Below are positions 12,500 through 24,430 of a DNA stretch of 64,000 nt, one piece after another. Each line of letters begins with the position of its first letter. The first letter of the stretch is position 1. The notes below the pieces were generated by a model. That model did no database searches. It had not been told where the DNA came from and saw only the letters and a program-made list of their open reading frames with translations. Source of the stretch: Adineta vaga (Eukaryota; Animalia; Rotifera); assembly GCA_021613535.1 (NCBI GenBank), contig CP075492.1, positions 13,950,001 through 14,014,000 on the forward strand, given 5' to 3'. A program made the position numbers and the translations under genes.

Positions 12500-14254
12500 A
12501 TGCCTTCGACATTCGAAATTCTACCAGATGAAATCGTTCTACATATATGTCACTATCTTCGTGGAGCTGATGTGTTATATTTATTTTATAATTTAAATAG
12601 TCGTTTGAATGTAACAATAACAGGTTACTATCGTTATGTAAATTTGATGGGTGTTAAATATGGACAACTAGCAAATGTCGAGCTAATATATTGCCAAGTA
12701 TTAGTCAACATGTTCGATCATTTCTAATAAATTCATATTGGGAAATAATGATTCCAGAATACTTATGTGCTGATCTGTACACTTCACGTTTAACTATCTT
12801 ACTTCCTCACCTTGAAAAGCTGATCATTCGTTCGTTTAAAACAGAAAAGCTTCAACTCTTTATTGATTGCATCGATAATTGCCCCAATTTAACTACTTTG
12901 GATATTCAATGCCTCACTGGAAATTCAACAGATATTTGTTTAAAAAAAATATTCGCAGCGAATCAAGGTCGATTGACAAAAATCTCATTTGACTTCGAAT
13001 CGATCTATTTAGATGTATCTGAAGATACTTCACCAAGAACTTTTCCAAATATTAAAGAACTAACTATCAATTTAACAGCTATTCGTGCTCTCTCAAATCT
13101 CTTAAAACTCATACCAAATGTTCGATATTTGTATATACATTTTGGCATTTTCTTTATTTGGAACTATCAGAATATATTTGATGATGTTTCAACACTTCTT
13201 TATCTTGTTCATCTCAATATACATTCAGCAGGATATTTATGGCCATTTGATGTTCTAACTAGTTTAATTCAAAAAATACCTTCATTACAACAATTAAAAC
13301 TTAGTTTATGTACAAAAGATGATCGTTTTCTCATAAAAGACAATCTACTTTCGATTGTACCTTCTTCTTGTCATCAAATCGATTATTTTATTGATTATCC
13401 ACTACATGAAACGAACGATACAATCAACAATTTTCTTTCGATGCGATCGCCTTGTCTTTCAATTGTTTATCTGTGCGATGAGATCACACATAGTTTGCTA
13501 ATTCATACTATTCCGTGTCGTGTACAGTCTATATGTTTACCTGCATATATAGGAAAACAAATGGTAGCAGGATGGAAATATACAGAATATGTGAAAAACT
13601 TAAATATTTATAACGTAACATCTTTACACGATGTATATCTAATACTACAACATTTTCGTCGACTACATATCCTTTCTATCAATACATTCATCAACGCAGA
13701 AATTTGTATGTATTTTTGATACGATTCATTGACTATTTCATAGTTTCTTTTTAATAGATGATATGCCAACTTCTACTAATCCACTCATCTTTCGATTACC
13801 TTACCTTAGACAACTTCATGTTGATAGAAAATGTGAACTATCAACTTTGCTTCAAGCATCGCCCAATCTTAATCAATTGAATATTAGTTTTGATTGTTTG
13901 AAATTATTTATCGATAAAAATCCTTATACAATACAAACTGGTATCAAACGTCTCACCGTTTACAAATGGATCGATAATAATGCTGAATTGATAGAAGATC
14001 TCATTCAAATTTTCACTTCTCTACATCATTTAGAAATAATTATGAATGATTCAAAAGTAATCATTGACTCGTTGATATTGTCAATTCTTCCGTTTTGTAC
14101 AAGCAATGTTAAAGTTTCGTTAGGTGTACAAGGACTACTGTCCGAAGAAGTCAGCAAAAATATTCGCCAATGGATTATCGATCATTCATATTTGTCAGAA
14201 AACGATTCATTTGCTGTTCAATATCCTAATAAATGCTTTCGATTATGGCTGTAA
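12500..14254 (+). CDS. F-box / leucine-rich repeat protein; apparent 1-nt frameshift at ~12673-12680
   Basis: N-terminal FEILPDEIVLHICHYL...LYLFYNLNSRLN (F-box) and LxxLxI repeats. Adding one A to the aaa run joins ORFs 12500 and 12691 (GQLAKCRANILPSISQ). One intron at ~13705-13757. Confidence 0.82.
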
Positions 14255-14577
14255 CATCGCATACAATTCATATGATCTTTTTTTATTATTTTCATACTAA
14301 AATCACATAGTAATACCTTCTAAAAGTTTCTACGTTTCAGTTAAATGTTTTAACATCCGTAACTAGCTGAATGCTAGTTGAGAATATCCTCTTTATTACA
14401 CAACTGTAAACTGATAAGGCGAACAAAATGATTTAGAGAAACGAAAACTTACATACTAACATAAGATGTGGAAAAGCTATACTGAAATGAATATTAGAAT
14501 TGAATCTAAAGATACTTAAATAACATAGGATCCAAAAGAACGAATGAAAGATCAATTGATGATCGGTGAAGTTTTGA

Positions 14578-17500
14578 TTAAGGCACAATACCGCCAAAGC
14601 TATCAATATAGACATAACCTTTATGGCCCGATGGCTTGCAATCCGCTGCAAGAACAGTTAACTTAAAATTGTGACCAGTACGGTTTTTGTCAATAGTCAA
14701 ATGTTCAATCTGCCATGTTGGTGTATAGAAAATTGAGTCTTTTCGTTGAAAACGTTCATCAACACCATTTAAGCTTATTCCGGCATCATAACGACGTGAG
14801 AGAAGTGTATCTCCCGTCGTTGTATCTTTCAATTCAATGATAATAATACTGGAATTATCAGCACTGTGATTACCATTTTGTAGTACTGCTAACCATGCAA
14901 AATAAATATTCGTACAGTAATAGTTACTAATTTCTTGACTAACAACTGATGCATAACCTCCCTTGTTTGTATCTCCAACACGTAATGCATACTTGCCACT
15001 ATGAACAACTTTTGGCATTAGAGATTTGACACTCGGATCATTGGCAGAAGTCATGATTTCCGAATGTCTAGCGACAATACTTGCATTATAGTATAAACCA
15101 CCTGGCAAGAAGTCGTCTGGACGAATATCAGATGATAGGAGCGAAGTTCGAAGACCAGCACCAACAATCCATCCATTCGAACTTTCAGATTCAAAACCAC
15201 CATTGTTGAATCTATTCAAAGCACACACTAAAATAAACGGAAGATATTTCATTATAGATTCCTTTGTTTCATAAATATGAGCACAATTAGCGATTGAAAT
15301 ATTGACATTCTTTCGTTTTCATTAAACTGTATAGATTGAATGTCCATTAAGCGATAGATAATTGTATTCTTAACTATAAAATTACTTTGACAAAGGTTTG
15401 AAGTGCATTCTCCACTAAGACATTCACTCGCCAGATTGCACATTTTTCCATTCATACATTTTGAACATGTTTTACCACCACAATCGGCGTCGGTTTCGTC
15501 TTGATTCTTGACACCATCATTGCATGTAGGAACTAAAATGCAAACACTCATCTCATTCGTACAGTTCGAAAAAAAGAATGTGAAAAGTTACCTTGACAGA
15601 TATTATCTGTACAAACATCACTGACACAGTCCAAAGCAACGTTACATGTTTTTCCGTCAGCACATTTTGAGCATGAATCACCTCCACAATCGAGATCAGT
15701 TTCATTTTGATTTTTTAATCCATCCATACAAGTAGGAACTATACGAAAAAAACAAAGATTGAGCTTATATTGTGTACGCGAGTCATTACATACTTTGACA
15801 GATGTTAGATGTACATACACCACTTTGACAATCGAATTCAAAACGACAGACTTTTTCATCAGCACATTTGGAACACGTTTCACCACCGCAATCGACATCA
15901 GTTTCATTTTGATTCTTTACACCATCATTGCAGGTAGGTGCTGAAATGGAAACTTTCAATTCAGTTCGATTTATTAAAAAGATGAATATACCTTGGCAAA
16001 TACTAGACAAGCACACACCACTTTCGCAATCAGTTCCATCAAGGCATACTTTTGTGTTTGCACATTTAGGGCAAAATTGACCACCACAGTCAACGTCGGA
16101 TTCATCTTGATTTTTCGTACTATCATCACATGTGGGTCCTTTATCAGAAATCCTCATCATTAGCTATATTTTAAAATATATGGAGACATTTACCTTGACA
16201 AATATTCAATGTGCAGACATTACTTTCACAATCGTAAGCAGTATGACAGCTTTTTGTATTAACACATTTCGGACAAAATTCGCCACCACAATCGATGTCA
16301 GTTTCATCGCGATTTTTCACAGCATCGTTGCAAGTTGGTACTGAAAGATAATTATTGAAAACATTAAAATTCTGAATAGTTCGATGTACCTTGGCATACA
16401 TTTGATCCGCAAACGTCACTAGTACAGTCCGATGGTCTACGGCAAACCTTTGTATCGGCACATTTTGAACAAAATTCACCGCCACAGTCTATGTCAGTTT
16501 CATCTTGATTCATTACACCATCATTGCAAGTGGGTGCTAAAATACACACATTCATCATCTCTGTAAAATATCATGTCATGCTTTATGTACATTGACAAAT
16601 ATCAGATGTGCAGACGCCGCTCAAACAGTCAGATGTAGTCCGACAAAGTTTCTTATCTGCACATTTTGGAGAAGATTCACCACCACAGTCAATGTCAGTC
16701 TCATCTTGATTCATTACACCATCTTCACTGGAGGGTGCTAAAATGTAAACACTCAATTCAAACCAATATCATACATCGATCTACATACTTTGACAGACGT
16801 TATTAGTACAAAGATTACTAATACAATCAGAAGCAGTATTGCATGTTTTCTCGTTTCCACATTTTGGACATGAATCGCCTCCGCAATCTTCATCTGTTTC
16901 ATTTTGATTGCGTCTGAAATCCATGCAGGTAGGGGCTAGAACAAGTAATATACGAATGTTTGTAGATAGAGTAAGAACTAATAGATACCTTGACAGATGC
17001 TAGAATTGCAAACTTCACTGAGACAATCTGATGCAATCTTGCAAACTTTTCCATCGGTACATCTGGGACACAAATTGCCACCACAATCATTATCGGTTTC
17101 ATTGCTATTTCTGATACCATCGTTGCAAGTAGGAGCTGAAAAAAGAATTGTTATAAATGAGTTTCCGATCGAAAAATATACATGAACTTGACTGGTCTTC
17201 GTTTCTTGAACAAATGTTGCAAATAAGTGTGATATTTTAAAATATTTAATCTTGCGAACGGGCACAATATGAGCATGCTCACATGATCTCAACTATGAAG
17301 TAGTAAAGAGTATCGACTTGACTAGTATTTTTTGAAGGTGTTCAAATCGATGATTCTTTACAATATTTGTACACCATAGTCAAAGAGGACCATTTCTCAT
17401 TTGTTTAAGTTATAAAACCGAAAGCAGATAAATGCCTTCAAAGAGTGTTAGTTTGGAAAATATTTTTTTGCAGACCGTTAGAACTATCATATTCGTTAGC

Positions 17501-19083
17501 GATTTGATCAAGAGAAAAAGTTTTGAAACGCCAGTTTATCGAACAATCGAACATTTTCAGTTTGTTCATATAAGAAAGTTTGTACTATCACGATAAAATA
17601 AAAGATGGAAACAGTATATATATATGGAAGTCTAAAATGAATCGAAATGTTGACAGAAAGGACCTATTAAATCGGTGATTTAGTTCTGATTAAAAGATCA
17701 CTAAAATCTATCCAATATGTTTTTCGTGAAAATTATTATTATTACAACCTGTATTCTACCTATAATAGTTAACTTTCTTACAGACTTCTTTGTTTGAGTA
17801 CTGTCTATTTGAGCTGTTCTTACCTGAAAGTAAAATGGGCTCTTTTTCATCTGAGCCGGAGCCGTCTTCATTCGAATCTTTATCTTTTTCGTCGGAATCT
17901 TCTTCATGTTCATGACTGTGTTCATGGCTGTGTTCGTGTGAGTCCTTGTCTTTTTCGTCGGAATCTTCTTCATGTTCATGACTGTGTTCGTGATCGTGTT
18001 CATGGCTGTGTTCGTGGTCGTGTTCATGACTGTGTTCGTGCGAGCCCTTGTCTTTTTCGTCGGAATCTTCTTCATGTTCATGGCTGTGTTCGTGTGAGTC
18101 CTTGTCTTTTTCGTCGGAATCTTCTTCATGTTCATGGCTGTGTTCGTGTGAGTCCTTGTCTTTTTCGTCGGAGTCATCTTCATGTTCATGGCTGTGTTCG
18201 TGTGAGTCCTTGTCTTTTTCGTCGGAGTCATCTTCATGTTCATGGCTGTGTTCATGTGAGTCCTTGTCTTTTTCGTCGGAGTCATCTTCATGTTCATGGC
18301 TGTGTTCATGTGAGTCCTTGTCTTTTTCGTCGGAGTCATCTTCATGTTCATGGCTGTGTTCGTGTGAGTCCTTGTCTTTATCGTCGGAATCTTCTTCATG
18401 TTCATGGCTGTGTTCGTGATCGTGTTCATGGCTGTGTTCGTGATCGTGTTCATGACTGTGTTCGTGCGAGCCCTTGTCTTTTTCGTCGGAATCTTCTTCA
18501 TGTTCATGGCTGTGTTCGTGTGAGTCCTTATCGTTTTTACCTCCATCTTTTCCTTTGTCTTTGGATTCTTTATCCTTTTTACCTGCACCTTTTCCTTTTT
18601 CTTTGGAATCTTTACTCTTTTTCTTAGATTCTTCTTCTTTTGCATATGAGTATTTGCCTTTTCCCGCCGGATCTTTTTCATTTGTGTCTGAGCTATCTTC
18701 AACCGATACAGAACTTTCTTCACTTGAATGATGTTCGTCTTTTTCCTTTGAATCTTTGTCTTGTTCGCTTGAACCTTTGTCGCTCTCGATGGAAGTAAAT
18801 TCTTCATTGCTTTCTGATTCCTTCCTACAAAATTTATTGTGAAATAGTTGATAGAAATTGTCAGTAATAAAAAATTATCTGTTTACTTTTTCATACGATG
18901 AATGATCGAAAATCGATTCAGTTGAGGATCATCGTTAGACTAAAGACAGATGCGAGAAGTTATCCCAGATATCATTAGAAACAGAAGATACATACTAGTT
19001 GATCTATACGCACACTAGCGAAATCATCGTCTGATGAAACAATCATGCTCAGACAGAATATGAGAATACCAACAATAAGCCAT
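14578..19083 (-). CDS. Secreted modular protein: signal peptide, Lys/Asp/Glu- and His-rich repeat region, nine Cys-rich CxDGxxNxDETDxDCGG repeats, C-terminal bacterial-like beta-sandwich domain
   Basis: Hydrophobic WLIVGILIFCLSMIVSS near 19080 (start codon unresolved). The exon ending at 17824 reads ...DSHEHSHEHEEDSDEKDK... in the frame fixed by splice phases. Nine ~147-nt phase-1 exons lie at 15386-17135. Last exon 14578-15227 reads NGGFES...W...SGKYALRVG...YFAWLAVL...ADCKPSGHKGYVYIDSFG. Confidence 0.85.
15386..17135 (-). repeat. Array of nine exon-intron units, each with one 49-aa, 8-Cys repeat exon
   Basis: Checked exons 16989-17135, 16789-16935, 16591-16737 and 15386-15532 are each 147 nt and phase 1-1. 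Consensus PTCxDGxxNQDETDxDCGGxxCxKCxxxKxCxxxxDCxSxxCxxxxCQ. Confidence 0.92.
17870..18530 (-). repeat. Tandem 54-nt coding repeat (~10 units plus HEHD-type insertions) encoding DSHEHSHEHEEDSDEKDK
   Basis: Near-identical units gtgagtccttgtctttttcgtcgga(a/g)tc... on the + strand; the same 18-aa period appears in every ORF-track frame here. Confidence 0.95.
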
Positions 19084-20537
19084 GTATGCCTACGAGGAAG
19101 AATAATAAGAAAACCTTAACCTCTTCTAATGAAATAGCATAAAAATATGAACTATTTCATATATTTATACGATCAAATCTACAAATAAGCAATCGATTGT
19201 GCGTATGTTTTAGTTGAGTAGCTTGTTTTTCGGTGAATATAGTATGATAAAAAGTCACTAACATCGATTGACAAAACTTTCTCTAACTTTAAGAACCTTC
19301 TACCATATGCAATACCTTTAGCATAATTTATCTCACAACTATATACACGATTAGGAACTTACCCAACTATTATCCCTTGATGTATTTGCATTGTAGTCTT
19401 TGCACTACTTGAATTAACCAAAAACGAATACCGGATACAATCTATAGGGTAAAAGAATCTGGCTGTAACAAATTGAATTTTACATCGAAATAAAAGACTA
19501 TACGTTTATCATATGCAAGATGAAAATTGGATACCTCTCTTATAGCCAAGACAAAGGCACACTATAATTATTGCAAAAATTATATTTACACTGATTTAAC
19601 CTCGAAATTTTCGATAATGCAGCAATTTTTGAAAGATTCACTGATTTCATGGGACTCACAAAAGAGATATCTCTCATCATGAAGAATAAATTGAAATACA
19701 ATAAAAGCAATTGCCGTACTTACCCCAATGAAATGAAACTGAAAATGCACGGAATACATTCGTTTTTATGCGTTGGACACAGGTGGTATTTTAAGCTGTA
19801 TGCATTGAAATTTAACAAAATAGAGCATCGCATATTAGCGATAATTGATATTCTACTTATTTTCTAATCTGTACAACGGCCTATACACTAATCTAAAAAC
19901 AGAAAACTAATTTGCCAACTAATACACACATCAGATGCAACGATGATATATGATATCGATTGCCCTAAATTATATGAGTGTTTTGGTTGACAGAGAAGAC
20001 AAAAATAGAACGTGCGTAATACATTTAAAGCAATGTCTTAGTTTCTCATCGGATTTCCATTTTTCATAATAAAAAATCTGATAAAGATGAATCATGTATT
20101 ACTATACCATGACATCTCTTTCGTCATATAACAAATATGAGGAAACATTCATCCGCGACTTTTTTGTGTTTTTTTTAAAGCATTGCAGATTATTTGAGTA
20201 CACGATATTCTCTATATATTTAGCGAGAGAAAAGGTGAATTATTGTTGAATCATATTGTTCTTTTTCTTCTTTCTTTCTTTCTAATCAATAGTGACGCAG
20301 ATGAGTTGCTATCGACACTCCTCTTTGCTGATGTACGTATGACGCGTCCGGCGTGAATAACATTTTCTTTTTCTATTAAATATTAATACGAATAAAAGAA
20401 AACTATCAGCGCTTAACTGTTTCTTATTTCAGATGAGTTTAAGTATCCTAGAGAAATTTAGATAATCTCAATTAGTTGATATTTTTAAATAGTATCATTC
20501 ATTTTTGCAGATTATTATTAAATTCAAATCTATAAAT

Positions 20538-22765
20538 ATGGCATCGAAAACATCTGTATCAGTGATCATAAAAAGAAGAACGAAAAAACTCAGAAAGCAT
20601 GTACCTATTGTCGATACCAGTCAAGCTCGATCTAATATTGATGTTCTTCGAATGTCTATACATGATCTCGATTGGAAAGAAGTAAGTTACATCGATCATT
20701 TTATCGTATTGAATAATCTCACGTGTTAGTGTATTTCTGGTAATTCTACTAATTTGGATATCTGTTGGAATTCGGCGACATTTCAAGATGGAAATCGAAA
20801 TTACAATTCTATATTAGCAAGGGTGAATAAATTTCCAGGTTTGATATCAAAGATTTATTTTGTATTTTGACTTTTTTCAAAGTTGAATAATGTTTAGGAA
20901 TGAGTGATATGTTGTGTAAAAGTAATTTAACACGTTCATTAAATGCCATGCGTCGATTGTTTCCAGAAGAATTTAATTTCTATCCAAGAACATGGTTTTT
21001 ACCGGAACAACGCGAACAATTTCGAAATGATGCTACTGAAATACATAAAAAAGATCGAAAACGACAACGATCATTAACAACTTTTATTGTTAAACCATCA
21101 GGTTTGTATAGTAGTCATTGTCTCAAAATATTCAATCGTTTCATAATCATATTTTATACAGATGGATCAGAAGGTGCTGGTATCTATTTAATTCAAGATC
21201 CAACACGTTGCAGCGCTATGAATCGACCACATATTGTTCAAGGTAAGATTTACAATTGATCTAAATTCAATATGTTACTTGTGATTTGTTCTATCAGAAT
21301 ATATTGATCGACCATTGCTGATCAATAGACTCAAATTCGATGTACGAATTTATGTTCTGATTCTTCAATTGGATCCATTAGAAATCTTACTGTATGACGA
21401 AGGTTTAGCACGTTTTGCTACTGTTGAATACCAAGCTCCATCAGTTAAAAATCTTCATGAAACATTCATGCATTTAACTAATTATTCATTGAATAAACGT
21501 AGTACAACATATACACATTGTACAGATGAGAGACAAACTGATGCTAGCAAACGAAAATTTAGTCTTGTCTGGTCACAACTCGCTCAATTGTATACTTTGA
21601 ATGAAATTGAGCGAGCAAAAGAGTTGATCAAAGATATGATCAATAAAACAGTTTTGGCTATCTTACCTGAACTTCGTGTTCAATATGCTTTAGAAATGCC
21701 AACGGCTCAAAAGCAGAATCAATGCTTTCAAGTATATACTTCATTGAATTGATTCTAAAATTTGAAAGATACTTTTATAGATCATTGGATTTGATATTCT
21801 TCTGACGGATCGACTAAAACCTATTTTACTTGAAGTTAATGCAAATCCTTCGTTACGAATTGATTATGATCATACCAATGAAGCTGGTAAGAATGATTAT
21901 ATTTATATCAGATAATTGAGTCTTATTCATCGTATAGGTAAATTAATTCATGAACCAAGTCTCATTGATGAAGAAATAAAAAAACCACTGGTTACGGAAA
22001 CATTAAAACTTGTGATGTAAATATATGATAAAATAACTATTTTCTTAGTAAATCTGTTTTAGGAAAGAAAAACAACATCGTTTACAACAAGAAGCAAAGA
22101 ATGCAGATGTGATTCATGGAATTAGAAATATAACTAATCATCAAATTGAACCGGATAGTGAACATGATGCGGAAAGAATGCGTTCCGATTCACAAATAAG
22201 CACGTCTGACTCGTATTCATCGAATTCAGATTTACCTTCTGACATGCTACAAATAATCTATCCATCAACATCGGGAACTGATTATGAACATATGTTTCTT
22301 GTCGAGAAAATTGCTTTTATCTATATCGAATTAGTAATCAAACGTGGATATAAAGCAATGACGAATCGACCATTTCGTCAATTGGGCAGGTAAGTTTCAT
22401 TTATTATTTTCTTGAACATCAACGACGAACAATAAAACTAAACTTTTTCTCGCTCTCGCAATAGTATCTGTGGTATCATTGATCAAGCAACACCGATGTC
22501 AGCTATTGACATTCTTTACGTTCAAATCTTCTCTAAATGTAAACAATATGCTTCACAATCTCCTGCAGTTGGTAAGTTAGAAATGTATATTCCTTACCGT
22601 TTCGATGAATGTAAGGTTTATCTTCTAGGACTTGATTTTTCGGCTTTCATCGAAGCTTTCTTCCTACTATCTCAGCGTAAATATCCAACATGTTCACTTC
22701 TTGATGGTGTTACCGCTATGATCGATTCTTGCAATCATCATTTGCATTTTAATACAGAAAGATAA
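20538..22765 (+). CDS. TTLL11: Tubulin polyglutamylase, TTLL11-like
   Basis: IVDTSQARSNIDVLRMSIHDLDWKE (TTLL11-like N-terminus), VNKFPGM, FYPRTWFLP, FIVKPS-DGSEGAGIYL, KFDVRIYVL, EGLARFAT, MHLTNYSLNK, IIGFDILL...LLEVNANPSL across ~10 exons. Confidence 0.88.
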
Positions 22766-23087
22766 CAGTATGAAATCAATTCTGTACATCTTGTTTCTCA
22801 CTATTATTTGTCTTAAACTTCGATATGTATATTTAATTGAAAAACAAATGAGAAAAAAAACCATGCATATTGTCTGTATTCTATCACTAAAATAATATGA
22901 AGTAAATTCATATATCTTTTACAGATGAAAAAGAAAGAAAAACGTGTTTAGTAAGCAAAATAGAGTTTGATGACATATACAGATGTCACTGATCATCATG
23001 TCTTACCTCATATTGAGACATATGATTACATCATATACCATACAATAAAATAAAACACAACATGATTTCATATTTAAAACGAATACT

Positions 23088-24299
23088 ATGTGTGATACAA
23101 TTCTGCTTCCAAAACTTATTGCCGATTTAGAATGGTTAACTGCACGTGAACTTTTACAAACAAAATACGATTTGTCTATTGATGAAACCGATAAGTTATT
23201 TTGTGCGAAATATACACATGATAGTTCTTTGTGGACACGCGGTACTGACGAACAAAAACTTTTGTTAGCACAAAATCGTGGTACAATCTATGAAAAAACT
23301 CCTCCCTATCGTTTGATTTGTTTACCATTTTATAAATTTTGGAATTACAATGAACCAAATGCAAATACAGCAACTGGCCAATGGACTTCATTTACTGAAA
23401 AATTAGATGGCTCATTTTTTAAAGTTTATTCTTTTGAAAATCAATGGCATGTAAGTAGTAATAGTCGAATTGATATAAAACAATTTCGAGAAAAATATCT
23501 TCGATCTGGTAAAACAAATGAACAACTATGGGAAGAAGCAGCTAGTGCAGCTGGACTTGATTATTCAAAATTAAATCCCAAATATGCCTACTTCTTCGAA
23601 CGTGTTCATCCAGATTATAAAATTGTTATACAATATGATCAACCCATGTTGTATCATTTAGGTACACGTGATATGTCGACCTTAGAAGAAATTGAAATTG
23701 ATATTGGTGTTCGAAAACCACGTTCATTTTCTTTCACAGAATTGAATGCATGTTCACAATATGTGAATAGCATGAGTTTTATGGAAGGAGAAGGAATTGT
23801 TGCATGCGATCAACGGACTTATCATCGTATTAAAATTAAGAATCCATCATATTTATTAATTCATTGTCGAACAGTGGGAATGGAAAATAAAAATAAAGAA
23901 AAACAATTTTGTTTATTGATTTGGTTAAAAGGTGAAAAACAAGAATATCTCAGTTATTTTCCACAATATATTCAAGACTATGATCAAATAGAAAGACAAC
24001 TCGAAGAATCAATCATACCAAATTTCATCAACGAATTTACAAAATTGTACAGTAATGATAGTAAAGAGTTCTATCGGAATCTTAATCAAGAATATTCATC
24101 ATCAGCAAAACCAGAACAAGATAGAAAAAGATTAATCTTTACTAAAATATTTCAACAATGTTCAGATAACTATTGGTACAATTTGATTGACGAAGAAAAA
24201 TCTTTGATTGTACGAAATCTTCTAAAACAACGTAATAGAGATAATACAAACAAATTTATATTTGAGAAATATCTCTTGTCATTAATTACTATTAAATAA
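23088..24299 (+). CDS. ATP-dependent RNA ligase, T4 Rnl1/RnlA-like; intronless
   Basis: 403 aa. Upstream RG...PFYKFWNYNE motif, nucleotidyltransferase motif I EKLDGS, motif III-like YFFE, motif IV GEGIV, motif V IKIK. Confidence 0.85.
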   Translation: MCDTILLPKLIADLEWLTARELLQTKYDLSIDETDKLFCAKYTHDSSLWTRGTDEQKLLLAQNRGTIYEKTPPYRLICLPFYKFWNYNEPNANTATGQWTSFTEKLDGSFFKVYSFENQWHVSSNSRIDIKQFREKYLRSGKTNEQLWEEAASAAGLDYSKLNPKYAYFFERVHPDYKIVIQYDQPMLYHLGTRDMSTLEEIEIDIGVRKPRSFSFTELNACSQYVNSMSFMEGEGIVACDQRTYHRIKIKNPSYLLIHCRTVGMENKNKEKQFCLLIWLKGEKQEYLSYFPQYIQDYDQIERQLEESIIPNFINEFTKLYSNDSKEFYRNLNQEYSSSAKPEQDRKRLIFTKIFQQCSDNYWYNLIDEEKSLIVRNLLKQRNRDNTNKFIFEKYLLSLITIK

Positions 24300-24430
24300 A
24301 TATACAAGATGATATTTACATATTAATCCCACTCCTACCCTGAAGAACTTGTTTTTTAAGATTCTTTTATTGTTAAAATTCTTTCTCTATTTATTTATTT
24401 ACAAGAAAAAAATTGAGTTTATTTATTACA

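Noticed and set aside
15386-18530. Regularly spaced repeats resembling a CRISPR array
   Set aside because: They are coding repeats, and the apparent spacers are GT-AG introns; no cas genes and a eukaryotic context.
17701-18807. 368-aa K/T/N/M-rich ORF and the overlapping + strand ORFs (17794, 18048, 18474)
   Set aside because: Alternative frames of the 54-nt repeat; splice phases at both ends select the D/E/H/K frame.
19473-19500. ~25-nt similarity to 30951-30977 (ttgaatt..acatcgaaa.taaaa..cta)
   Set aside because: Too short and AT-rich to distinguish from chance without a genome-wide repeat search.
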